From Tepidisphaera sp. (GTDB lineage: Bacteria; Planctomycetota; Phycisphaerae; Phycisphaerales; UBA1924), in NCBI GenBank assembly GCA_050916045.1, contig CP051526.1:1696001-1760000 (forward strand): a stretch of 64,000 nt of DNA, given 5' to 3'. Below, in pieces: positions 8,407-17,158 of the stretch. The notes below the pieces were generated by a model. The model was not told where the DNA came from, did no database searches, and was given only the letters and a program-made list of their open reading frames with translations. A program made the translations under genes and the position numbers. The number at the start of each line of letters is the position of its first letter. Position 1 is the first letter of the stretch.

Positions 8407-10326
8407 ATGGCAAAGGCGCCGACCACACAGGACCTCGACAAGGCCAAGCGGGCATTCCTGCCGCCCGTGGCTTGCTGCCTCGGGGTGATCGCGATCATTC
8501 ACTCGCCGCTGGCTCCGAAGCCCTACGTTCCAAACAGCAGCATTCGGCTGTTGGAAACCCTCGCGTACTTTTCTGCAGCGTTGACGCTGCTCTTCTACAT
8601 GCTCGGGCCTCGCGAGCGGTATGTCAGGACGCTACTTGCTTGGCGATACGCCGATTGTCCCGAGGGGCTCCGCAAGGCCTGGCAGAGCTATCTGTTCTCG
8701 CTGAACTCGGCGGTTCGTTTTGTGGTTTACCTCGGGCTTGCCTTGGTGGGCGGTGCGGCCATTGAAGTTCTGTCGCTCTGGTTTCTTGGGCTTGCGCCCT
8801 TGGCCGGCTACGCGTGGTGGCTTCGTGTGATCGGAATGGTCGGTCTTCTCTCGCTCCCATTGTACTTTATGGGGCGGCTTTCCGAGGTCGGTCAGCGGCG
8901 CCGCCTTCTGAGGGAACTTCAGGAGACGAGCGACTTCGTCGCGAAGGATGCCTCGGCGGCCTCGACGAATGCGGATCCAACGCCCGTCAGTATCGTGGGG
9001 GAAGCCAGGTTTCGAGCGGGCGGCTTCGAGTGGGGCGCAGAAGACTTCTACAAGAACGCGATCGTCTTCGGGCAGCCGGGCACGGGAAAGACGGTATGCG
9101 TTCTGAACTCGTTGTTGGACGGCTTTCTGGGCTCGACCACAGAGCCCGGCGCATCCGCGTCCGTACTAATCCTCGATCCCAAGGGCGACTTCCTCGACAA
9201 GATCCGGGGGCTCTGCGATCGTTGGGGGCGGGGGGGCGACCTTCTCATCCTTGATCCGGTGCATCCGGACGAGTCGATCCGATGGAATCCGTTGGACTCG
9301 AAGGACGATGAACTGCAGCTCTCCATGAGATTTGCTGCAGTGATGGAGGCGTTGGGGCAGAAGAACGAGAAGGACTCGTTCTTCACGGACGCCGCTCGGA
9401 CATTCATGCGGCACGCGATCCGTCTGGCACGACTCACCAATGGCGGCCGACCGCCCTCGATGGAGGATGTGCAGCAGATCGCGTCGAGCACGTCGCGGCT
9501 TGCGCGGAGGGTCTCGGGGCTCGATATCGGCTCCCTGACCCGGGACGATGACACGACGCTCGACTACTTCGCCGACCAATGGGTCACGATGGCATCGGAG
9601 ACCCGATCAAGCATCGTCGCGACGCTGAGCAACATGATCGACCCCTTCCTTCTCGAGCCCTACCGGTCGGTGTTCTGCGAACGTTCGGATGCGACGATCG
9701 CCAGCATGCTCGACGGCGGCAAAATCCTGTACGTCCACATGCCGATCGCGGACCGCGAGGCGATGTCGCGGATGATCTGCACCATGATCAAGCTAGAGTA
9801 CTTCCGCGAGGTGCTACGGCGGCCGAACAAGAGACGACCGTCGCTCTTCTTCTGCGACGAGTTCCAGTGCTTCTTTACGGTCGCGAAGGGCATTGGCGAT
9901 GCGGACTTCTTCGAGCGCTCCCGCCAGAGCAACCACGCGAACATCATTGCGACCCAGAACTTTCCTTCACTGTTGAAATACGCCGACAGGCCCGAGCCGG
10001 TGGACAATCTCTTGGGCAATTGTGCAATCAAGGTCTTCCTTCGGAACACGGACGACAAGACGAACAAGTATGCGGCTGAGCTATTCGGCAAGGAGCTTCA
10101 AGGAGTCGGGGGGGTTTCAGTCAGCGACAACAACATGGGCCGCAAGAAGCAGGCTCCGGGAGCGAACATCAGCTACCAGGAAGGCTTCAAGGTCCGCCCC
10201 GAGGTCTTCACTGAGCTCCGCGTACCGGCCCGCGGCGTGAGCGACGTCGCAGAATCCGTCGTTCACCTCGCGTCTCGCGACACTGTGTCTCGCGAACGGC
10301 TCATCTGGAGAGTTCACCCCTTGTAG
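8407..10326 (+). CDS. VirD4/TraD-like type IV coupling protein
   Basis: About four N-terminal TM segments; GQPGTGKT; LILDPKGD; WNPL; FFCDEFQ; ATQNFPSL...LLGNC..KVFLRNTD. Confidence 0.88.
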   Translation: MAKAPTTQDLDKAKRAFLPPVACCLGVIAIIHSPLAPKPYVPNSSIRLLETLAYFSAALTLLFYMLGPRERYVRTLLAWRYADCPEGLRKAWQSYLFSLNSAVRFVVYLGLALVGGAAIEVLSLWFLGLAPLAGYAWWLRVIGMVGLLSLPLYFMGRLSEVGQRRRLLRELQETSDFVAKDASAASTNADPTPVSIVGEARFRAGGFEWGAEDFYKNAIVFGQPGTGKTVCVLNSLLDGFLGSTTEPGASASVLILDPKGDFLDKIRGLCDRWGRGGDLLILDPVHPDESIRWNPLDSKDDELQLSMRFAAVMEALGQKNEKDSFFTDAARTFMRHAIRLARLTNGGRPPSMEDVQQIASSTSRLARRVSGLDIGSLTRDDDTTLDYFADQWVTMASETRSSIVATLSNMIDPFLLEPYRSVFCERSDATIASMLDGGKILYVHMPIADREAMSRMICTMIKLEYFREVLRRPNKRRPSLFFCDEFQCFFTVAKGIGDADFFERSRQSNHANIIATQNFPSLLKYADRPEPVDNLLGNCAIKVFLRNTDDKTNKYAAELFGKELQGVGGVSVSDNNMGRKKQAPGANISYQEGFKVRPEVFTELRVPARGVSDVAESVVHLASRDTVSRERLIWRVHPL

Positions 10327-10362
10327 GCGCGGTGCTATCTCCCGCATCCTAGGATCCACCCC

Positions 10363-10485
10363 ATGCTGCTCCGGATCATCCTGCTCATCATCATCTTCAT
10401 CGTGCTCAAGAACTTCGTCCTTTTTGTTCTGGCGATGATCACCCGCATGCTGATCGGACTTTACTGGTGGATGATCCCGGGCTAG
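10363..10485 (+). CDS. Small 40-aa very hydrophobic peptide (not in the ORF track)
   Basis: AGGA upstream; MLLRIILLIIIFIVLKNFVLFVLAMITRMLIGLYWWMIPG. Confidence 0.55.
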   Translation: MLLRIILLIIIFIVLKNFVLFVLAMITRMLIGLYWWMIPG

Positions 10486-10528
10486 AAGCCGGATCCATCT
10501 TCGACGAATCACTCTTGGAGAAGCAGCG

Positions 10529-10957
10529 ATGAGCACGATGGAAGAGCACGAAGGCGTTGACAACCGCGAGCAAGACGGCCGCGAGCGCAGCGAGAGGGAG
10601 CATCGCGAGCAGGAAGAGAAGCGTCAACTGCAAGAGCAGGAACGCCAGCGGACACAGCAGGAGCAACAGCGGCAGCAGGAGCAGCAGTCTCAGGAGGTCG
10701 AACAACGCAATCGCAACGAGCAGAACGTCCGCGAGCGACAGCAGCAGGAGCAGCAGCAGCGACAGGAACGTCAGCAGCGAGAACAGGAGGCGCAACGCCA
10801 GCAGGACCATCAGCGGAAGCAGCAGGATCAGGATCGCGAGCGTCAGCGGGAGGCCCAAGAAAGGCAGGATCGCGAGCGTGAGCAGGAGCGGCGGAAGGAT
10901 GAGCAGAAGCGACAGGAGGCTGAGCGTCGCCAGCGAGAGACCCGAAAGTCGAAGTAG
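10529..10957 (+). CDS. Q/E/R-rich coiled-coil protein with basic C-terminus
   Basis: GGAG RBS; almost entirely Q/E/R/D/K; ends RQRETRKSK. Confidence 0.7.
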   Translation: MSTMEEHEGVDNREQDGRERSEREHREQEEKRQLQEQERQRTQQEQQRQQEQQSQEVEQRNRNEQNVRERQQQEQQQRQERQQREQEAQRQQDHQRKQQDQDRERQREAQERQDREREQERRKDEQKRQEAERRQRETRKSK

Positions 10958-11028
10958 TCTCCGCGGGCGTCCGGTCGGCCTTTGACGTCCAAGAACGTTG
11001 GACCACACGAACGAGCAGGGAGAACAGC

Positions 11029-11478
11029 GTGACTCGAGAGCATGATTTCGATGATCGGACAAAGAAGGAGGCGTGGACCCGGCAGCATGGGAACTGCGCC
11101 TGCTGCGGCAAGGATCTTGTACGCCAAGCGCACAAACAGGGGGAGCTGCCCAGAGCGCACCATGCCGTACCCAATCAGTCCGGAGATGCCCAGAGACAGG
11201 GGGATCCGTGGATCAGCTCGGAGCGCAACTGCGTGTACACGTGCGACGACTGCCACTACCAGGCCCACGAGAACGGCAAGTACAAGGACGGGGCGGTCAA
11301 GGGCGCTGAACAGTTCCGCTATTCACATGGCGACCCGGACAAGGACCCAAAGGCACGCGAGTCGCACGAGAAGTGGAGTAAGGAAGTAGAGGGTCATTGG
11401 GATAAGAAGGAACGTTCCCACAAGCACGACACGCCTTCGCAGGTGGCCGCCCCTCCAAGTCGTTCTCGGTCTAAATGA
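11029..11478 (+). CDS. HNH endonuclease-like protein
   Basis: GGAG RBS, GTG start; CACCG...AHHAVP...NCVYTCDDCHYQAH (Zn-binding His-Me finger pattern); ends PSRSRSK. Confidence 0.8.
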   Translation: MTREHDFDDRTKKEAWTRQHGNCACCGKDLVRQAHKQGELPRAHHAVPNQSGDAQRQGDPWISSERNCVYTCDDCHYQAHENGKYKDGAVKGAEQFRYSHGDPDKDPKARESHEKWSKEVEGHWDKKERSHKHDTPSQVAAPPSRSRSK

Positions 11479-11567
11479 CCCGCGAAGGATCTCGGTGCGG
11501 CGATCTGGGCGAACCAAGTCCGGGCCGCATGCAGGCTACGACGTGATCGAGAACAGAGGGCTGAAGC

Positions 11568-13097
11568 ATGCTGAACCCGAGCGATTTTGACGATCAGTGG
11601 TCGGACCCCCTCCGCATGACACGCCTCCGAGCTGACGCGTCGGCTCGGAGGTGGGATGCAGGCGCGCTCGGGCGGGCATTGCGTCTGTGGTCGGAGGCGA
11701 AGGGCTCTCCGCCGGATGAGGTTGCGGCGGAGATTGAGCTCCGGCTCGCGAAGCTCGCGTACGGCAGGTCGGACCATGTGCTGCAACCGAGGTTGCGAGG
11801 CCGCGAGATTGATGGGCCATGGTGGATCGATCTGCTGGCGCCCGCCCTGACGTCGGACGCTCAGCCTGCGTTGGAGCCGCTGGCCGTCGTCGCGTGCGGC
11901 GCCGCGGGCGGACGGAAGCTCGAAGCGATCGAACTCGTGTGCCGACGTCTCGCTCGATCGGGGTGCGCCGTCGTCGTTGATCCGCAAGAAACGGCGGCTG
12001 TGATCGCTGGATCCAATCGGGGGCTTGACGACGCTTCCCCCAAGCTAGGGACCGAAACGCTTGCACTCGCGGAGGAGGTTGCTGAGGCGGCGATCGCACG
12101 GGCGATCGCCACACGGTGTCATCTTGTGCTCGACATTGGCAGGGACGCGGTGAAGCTGAGCCGTACCCTTGGACACGCGGGGTACCGTCTCGTGGGGCTT
12201 GCGGCGTTGGATGAGACTGAGGAGTTGGAGGAGCGTCTCCGAATGGCGAGCACCCAGGCGTCGCACATCGAGCAGCCTGCTGCGTCGTTACGGTCGGCTT
12301 TCTCGTTTGATTGCGTTCAGTCTCTCGAGTTCGCTCTCGCCCTCGCGGCTTCAGGAACGCTGGACTCCATGCTCTTGTTCGGCACGCGGGTTCGCGGGAT
12401 CGATACGAAAGGACTGGCCGATCGGGACCAAGTCAGGCACTTGCTCGGTCTCCGCTCAGACCCTGACCCTCTTCGCGAGGTTGAGGCGCGCCTGACGCCT
12501 GTCTCGCCCGCCCCCCACGATCCGTCGTCCCGGCCGGAACGTGCAACTACTGGAACGCCGCCGGACACGGCTCGATCCGCGGCGCCTGATCCTCGCAAGG
12601 GCGCAGAGAGCGTCGCTGTCCGCGCCGGCGTACGGGCGATTCGCGTGAACATCCCAGCACGCACCGCTCTCGCCGATGGTCAGGAGAGTCGAACATCGTC
12701 GAACGCTCGCAGCGTGAATGCGTCGGCGACTGTCGGGATCGCAGGCAGACCTTCCGCAACACCGGATCTTCCGGCCGGTTCAGCAACCGGGGGCGCATTG
12801 ACGCCCCCATCCCCAGAAGTCCTCAATTCCGGGTCGGTTACGAAAGCACTTGCGGCTCCTCGGCCGGAAGGACCCGATTCAAACGCGATCAAGCAAGCGG
12901 ATCCGCAGCAAGTTGACGGTCGTAGCTCGGAGCCCAGGACGCAAACGACTTCCGGGGACCGACCAATGCGACGAGGGGTACCGTCAGGCACTCTGGAGCA
13001 GCTGGCTCATCGCCGTGAGCAGATTCGCAGGCTGTGCGAAGCCGCAGGGATACCCCCCCCTGAAGATCCGGGGCCCGTGAAACCACCTGGTTTGTGA
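11568..13097 (+). CDS. Protein with a degenerate zeta-toxin-like P-loop domain and a long disordered C-terminal region
   Basis: PLAVVACGAAGGRK...AVVVDPQE...AIATRCHLVLD...AGYRLV follows the zeta-toxin motif order but lacks GxxGxGK[ST]. Confidence 0.5.
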   Translation: MLNPSDFDDQWSDPLRMTRLRADASARRWDAGALGRALRLWSEAKGSPPDEVAAEIELRLAKLAYGRSDHVLQPRLRGREIDGPWWIDLLAPALTSDAQPALEPLAVVACGAAGGRKLEAIELVCRRLARSGCAVVVDPQETAAVIAGSNRGLDDASPKLGTETLALAEEVAEAAIARAIATRCHLVLDIGRDAVKLSRTLGHAGYRLVGLAALDETEELEERLRMASTQASHIEQPAASLRSAFSFDCVQSLEFALALAASGTLDSMLLFGTRVRGIDTKGLADRDQVRHLLGLRSDPDPLREVEARLTPVSPAPHDPSSRPERATTGTPPDTARSAAPDPRKGAESVAVRAGVRAIRVNIPARTALADGQESRTSSNARSVNASATVGIAGRPSATPDLPAGSATGGALTPPSPEVLNSGSVTKALAAPRPEGPDSNAIKQADPQQVDGRSSEPRTQTTSGDRPMRRGVPSGTLEQLAHRREQIRRLCEAAGIPPPEDPGPVKPPGL

Positions 13098-13181
13098 TCA
13101 AGCGGAAGGTCGGCACAGGGACCTGCGGAATGGGTTGCGCGTAGAGTGTGTGAGAGCGGCATGAGAAAGCAGCGAGGGACG

Positions 13182-14249
13182 ATGAGAACGTTCGGGAATT
13201 TCTTGGTTTTCGTTATGATCTTGGGGGCCGGGCTGGCCGGAATCGTCTGGTGGCACGCGCAAACGCCGTCCGCTGCCCCTCCTTCACTGCCCGCTGGTGT
13301 TCCGTCCACTCCACTCCCGGGCTCGCCGCCCATCCCCTCGTCATCGCCGCCCACGGCAACACCGGCCCGGCCCGATGGCCTTCCAGGGGCGGGAACGTCT
13401 GGAGCACCAGACCCAAGCAAAGCACCGACCACAACGCCTGCCTCGCCGGCTACACCGGCCACCAAATCTGATACCAAGCCAGATCCCAAACCGATCCTGC
13501 CTCGCGATGACGAGAAGATGCTGATGCTTGAAATCGAGCGTGTGGGCGAGCAGACCGCAAAACTCCAACGACGCATGCTGGAGTTTTCACCCGGATCAAA
13601 TGGGGAGTTCCCGCTTAAAAGCCTGCGGGGGCGCGATCAGGTCGAATGGAAGGGAGAGGCGAGGTTCACTGCAGATTCGATGTCGCTGATCGAGAATCGA
13701 TCGGCGTTGGAGCTAAAGGTGCAGAACCTCCCGCCTACCGACATCGCGTGGGCCGGCTTGGAGTGTCTTCAGGTCTTCTCCGGACTCCAGAAGGGGTCTC
13801 GCGTTCTGGTCGCCAGAATGAAACCGGGAGTGCATCTCTTGACTGGCCTCATGGATCCCGCGAATCTGACGGCCGTGCCGCTGATCGACGGAGGCAAGAT
13901 CCCGCTTGACCCGCTCTTTGTTGGCGAAGGCAAGGACCGCTCGCTTCTGGTATCCAACTTGACTCAGGATGCGAACTGCGAGCTGCGTGGCGAAGTGGTT
14001 CTTCCGGACCTCACGTTGACCAAGTACCGCGAGACGGATGCCGTCACGCTCGTTGAGATCTTCTTGAACCAAGACAAGAAACGTACGGCATGGAGCGGCA
14101 GGATGTCGGCGCAGAACAGGCGGCTGGAAATCAGGGTAACGATACCGAAGGGAACGACGCATCTCTCGCTGAGCAACGTCGATGGAAACAACGCAAAGGG
14201 CTGTAAAATGCCTGTTTGGAACGTGATGAGACTCTCCCCCGCACCGTGA
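13182..14249 (+). CDS. Membrane-anchored protein with Pro-rich linker and possible C-terminal NPCBM/NEW2-like carbohydrate-binding domain
   Basis: N-terminal TM FLVFVMILGAGLAGIVWW; Pro/Ser/Thr linker; C-terminal AWSG...IRVTIPKGTTHLSLSNVDGNN...PVW. Confidence 0.6.
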   Translation: MRTFGNFLVFVMILGAGLAGIVWWHAQTPSAAPPSLPAGVPSTPLPGSPPIPSSSPPTATPARPDGLPGAGTSGAPDPSKAPTTTPASPATPATKSDTKPDPKPILPRDDEKMLMLEIERVGEQTAKLQRRMLEFSPGSNGEFPLKSLRGRDQVEWKGEARFTADSMSLIENRSALELKVQNLPPTDIAWAGLECLQVFSGLQKGSRVLVARMKPGVHLLTGLMDPANLTAVPLIDGGKIPLDPLFVGEGKDRSLLVSNLTQDANCELRGEVVLPDLTLTKYRETDAVTLVEIFLNQDKKRTAWSGRMSAQNRRLEIRVTIPKGTTHLSLSNVDGNNAKGCKMPVWNVMRLSPAP

Positions 14250-14480
14250 CCGGTGAAGCACACATCAGAGTCCTGCGGTGATTCCAGGCATGCTCGTGCA
14301 GGACATTCAACCCACGATCTATCCTTTGTAGTCCTGTTGGAGAAGCGTCGGAACACCATTCCCCTACCCTCGTGGACAACAGCGTGTCATGCCCCCGGGA
14401 GGGCATTCAGGTATCATGGTTGAGTGCGAAGTAGTCCAGACCCTGTTTGAGTGTGGTGAAGCCCAGCTGCGAGAATACTC

Positions 14481-17147
14481 ATGAAATGCAACTCCTGTCA
14501 ATCGGTGCTTCCCTCCCCATCTTCGGTGATGCAGCGCAGCGTCACTTGCACGAACTGCGGATCGGAGACTTCTTTCTCGTCCAATGACTCCGCCACGATC
14601 GTCTCGCCGAGCCGCTCGGCGAACTGGGGGACTGGCCAGACAGAGGTCGATCCGGCTTCGCTCGTGGGTTCGAGCCTTGGGGGCGACGCGTACCTGTTGG
14701 CTGAGTACCTGGGCCGGGGAGCGATGGGCCACGTTTATAGAGCGGTTCAGCGAAGCCTGGACAGGCAGGTGGCGATCAAGGTGCTCGTGCCGGAACTGGC
14801 AGACAACCGAGAGTTCGTCGATCGGTTCGAGCGCGAGGCGAAGACCGTGGCGAAGCTCAAGCATCCGAACATCGTGGAGGTCTACGATTTCAGGCGTGAG
14901 GGTGCAGTGTGCTATTTGGTCATGGAGCTGTTGGGCGGTGCGGACGGTCACGCCTCGAGTCTGGCTCAGCAGCTTCATGATCGCGGGCGATTGCCGTTCA
15001 TGGAAGTTCGAAAGCTCATGCTGGATGCACTGGATGCACTGGCGACCGCCCACGCAGCGGGAATCGTCCACCGCGACATCAAGCCGGGGAACTTTCTGCT
15101 TGACGCCTCAGGCCGGATCCGCTTGGCCGATTTCGGCCTCGCTGCGGTTCAACCGTCGCATGCCGGGGCTGGACAAGCGACGAAGATGACCATGGTCGGG
15201 ACCACGATGGGTTCCCTGGGTTACATGTCACCGGAGCAGGAGCGTGATGCCGGGAATGTCGACGCTCGCACCGACCTCTATGCGATGGGAGTTGTGCTCT
15301 ACGAGCTTCTCATCGGCGAGAAGCCGGACTTCCAGTCGTTCCTCGGGGGCGACCGCGAGTTCCGCTGGCCGAGCCGCGAACGCCGCGACGTGCCGCCGGT
15401 GGTCGACGACATCATACGGCGGGCGCTCCAGAGCAAGAGGGAGCTCCGATACCAGACGGCGCAGGAGTTCTCTGAATCGCTGGCTGCTGCGGTCAGCACG
15501 CCACCGTCCATCGTCCCAGTGCAAGCCCCCACATCTACTTCACGGGGTAGCAGCACGATTCCGAGTGCCTCCCCGGGTACCAGCGTCATCACAGACGCTC
15601 GTCAGCATCGCAGACCTCTCTGGCCTTACGCGGTTGGACTCTCGGTGCTGTGCGTTGCCGGCAGTGCGTTGTTCGGCGCCGAGCCCCTCGTGAAGTACGC
15701 GAGATCGAACGGCTGGTTGCCCCAAGCTGCGCAATCCGCCACACCAGAGGTTAAGCCTACGAGCAGCGGCTCTGACATCGCACCGCTCACGGCCGGCGTC
15801 ACTCCTCCGCAGGCAAATGACGACCCGCTGCAAGTGGCCGTCAACCCGCCGCCCACTCAACCGCCACAACCGCCGGCCCCGGCCGTCGATCCTCTGGATC
15901 GATTGGAACTTGGGAAGAAGATCGCCGAGCGTCCAGGCGCAGTGCACGAGATTGACCCGGCCGGAAACAATTTGCTGATGCAGGCATTGCGCGCTGGCAA
16001 GGTCGATTCAGCGATGCTGCTCATCGAGCAGAAGTCCGAAGTCAATCGCAAAGCCGCCGACGGCAAGACTCCGCTCCAGCTCGTTCTGGAAGCGCCGGAG
16101 GCCAGCATTTCTTACAACAACAAGCTCATCTTGGCGCGCGCTTTGACCGACGCGAGCGCCAAGGCGGATTGGCTCGACGCGGACGGCAATACTCCGCTCC
16201 ATTCCTTCGCACGCGGCGCCGACCCGGAGATGATCCGAATACTCTACAAGTCAAGCGACCCGACCGCGAAGAACAAGGCCGGACTCACGGCGGCTTGCGT
16301 CGCGTCACAAGAGCTCATGGGCGATGATCGCAAGCGCACAGTCGAGACTCTGGTGGCTCTCGGAGCCCTTTTCGATTGCACGGACAAGTTTGGGAACTCG
16401 CCGGCTCATACCGCCGCGGCCCAAGGGAACATCGATGAGTTGATGGCGGTACTGAGAAACCGCAAAGCGAACGAAGCCAGCCCCGTCGGGCTCCGGAATG
16501 CGAAGAACGAGACTCCGCTGCACGTGGCGATCCGCCACAAGCAGCTTGAGGCGGTGAGGGTGCTCTTGAACTCCAACTCCGACCTCACAGCGACCGACGA
16601 GGGCCAGAACACGCCTCTTCACGCGGCGGCCGAGGTGGGGGATGTTCCCATCGTGCAAGCCCTCCTCCAGAAGAGTGATCGGCTCTCCGACAAGAACTCC
16701 GCGGGCCAGACGCCGGCGGACGTCGCCAAGGCCAACAACCACCCCGCGGTTCAGCAACTGTTCACTCCCAAGGTCGCGCCGCCGCCGCCCGGCGCCGCCC
16801 CGCTCATCAAGCCTGCCAACTTCGTTATTGTTGGAGTCTGGGAGGGCGACTTCACGACTACTGATGGCCAGGTGACGCCGATCGTGCTGAATATCCAGAA
16901 GACCGGAGCCAATGGAGAAGGTACCCTCAAGATCGGGTCCGGAGACGAGGCGAAAATCGCGGTATACTGGAGCACCTCAACTTCGCGACTCAAGGTGGTC
17001 GGTCAGAACGGCGCCAAGTTCGTCCTCGATCCGGCAAAGGACGCGAGCGATACGCTTGATGCGGCATTCCAGGCAACCGAAAGCAACTCCTTTGTGTGGA
17101 CGTGCTCTCGCCCGGGGGGGACGGCGGAACTTCGCCGCCGGAAATAA
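14481..17147 (+). CDS. Hanks-type Ser/Thr kinase with N-terminal Zn ribbon, TM helix and extracytoplasmic ankyrin repeats
   Basis: CxxC...CxxC; LGRGAMG, VAIK, HRDIKPGN, DFG, YMSPEQ; TM YAVGLSVLCVAGSALFG; repeated G-x-TPLH motifs. Confidence 0.93.
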   Translation: MKCNSCQSVLPSPSSVMQRSVTCTNCGSETSFSSNDSATIVSPSRSANWGTGQTEVDPASLVGSSLGGDAYLLAEYLGRGAMGHVYRAVQRSLDRQVAIKVLVPELADNREFVDRFEREAKTVAKLKHPNIVEVYDFRREGAVCYLVMELLGGADGHASSLAQQLHDRGRLPFMEVRKLMLDALDALATAHAAGIVHRDIKPGNFLLDASGRIRLADFGLAAVQPSHAGAGQATKMTMVGTTMGSLGYMSPEQERDAGNVDARTDLYAMGVVLYELLIGEKPDFQSFLGGDREFRWPSRERRDVPPVVDDIIRRALQSKRELRYQTAQEFSESLAAAVSTPPSIVPVQAPTSTSRGSSTIPSASPGTSVITDARQHRRPLWPYAVGLSVLCVAGSALFGAEPLVKYARSNGWLPQAAQSATPEVKPTSSGSDIAPLTAGVTPPQANDDPLQVAVNPPPTQPPQPPAPAVDPLDRLELGKKIAERPGAVHEIDPAGNNLLMQALRAGKVDSAMLLIEQKSEVNRKAADGKTPLQLVLEAPEASISYNNKLILARALTDASAKADWLDADGNTPLHSFARGADPEMIRILYKSSDPTAKNKAGLTAACVASQELMGDDRKRTVETLVALGALFDCTDKFGNSPAHTAAAQGNIDELMAVLRNRKANEASPVGLRNAKNETPLHVAIRHKQLEAVRVLLNSNSDLTATDEGQNTPLHAAAEVGDVPIVQALLQKSDRLSDKNSAGQTPADVAKANNHPAVQQLFTPKVAPPPPGAAPLIKPANFVIVGVWEGDFTTTDGQVTPIVLNIQKTGANGEGTLKIGSGDEAKIAVYWSTSTSRLKVVGQNGAKFVLDPAKDASDTLDAAFQATESNSFVWTCSRPGGTAELRRRK

Positions 17148-17158
17148 CGGAGACTCTC

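Noticed and set aside
10439..11062. Leu-rich minus-strand 'membrane protein'
   Set aside because: It is the antisense of CAG/GAG-rich codons; the plus-strand ORF has an RBS and fits the operon direction.
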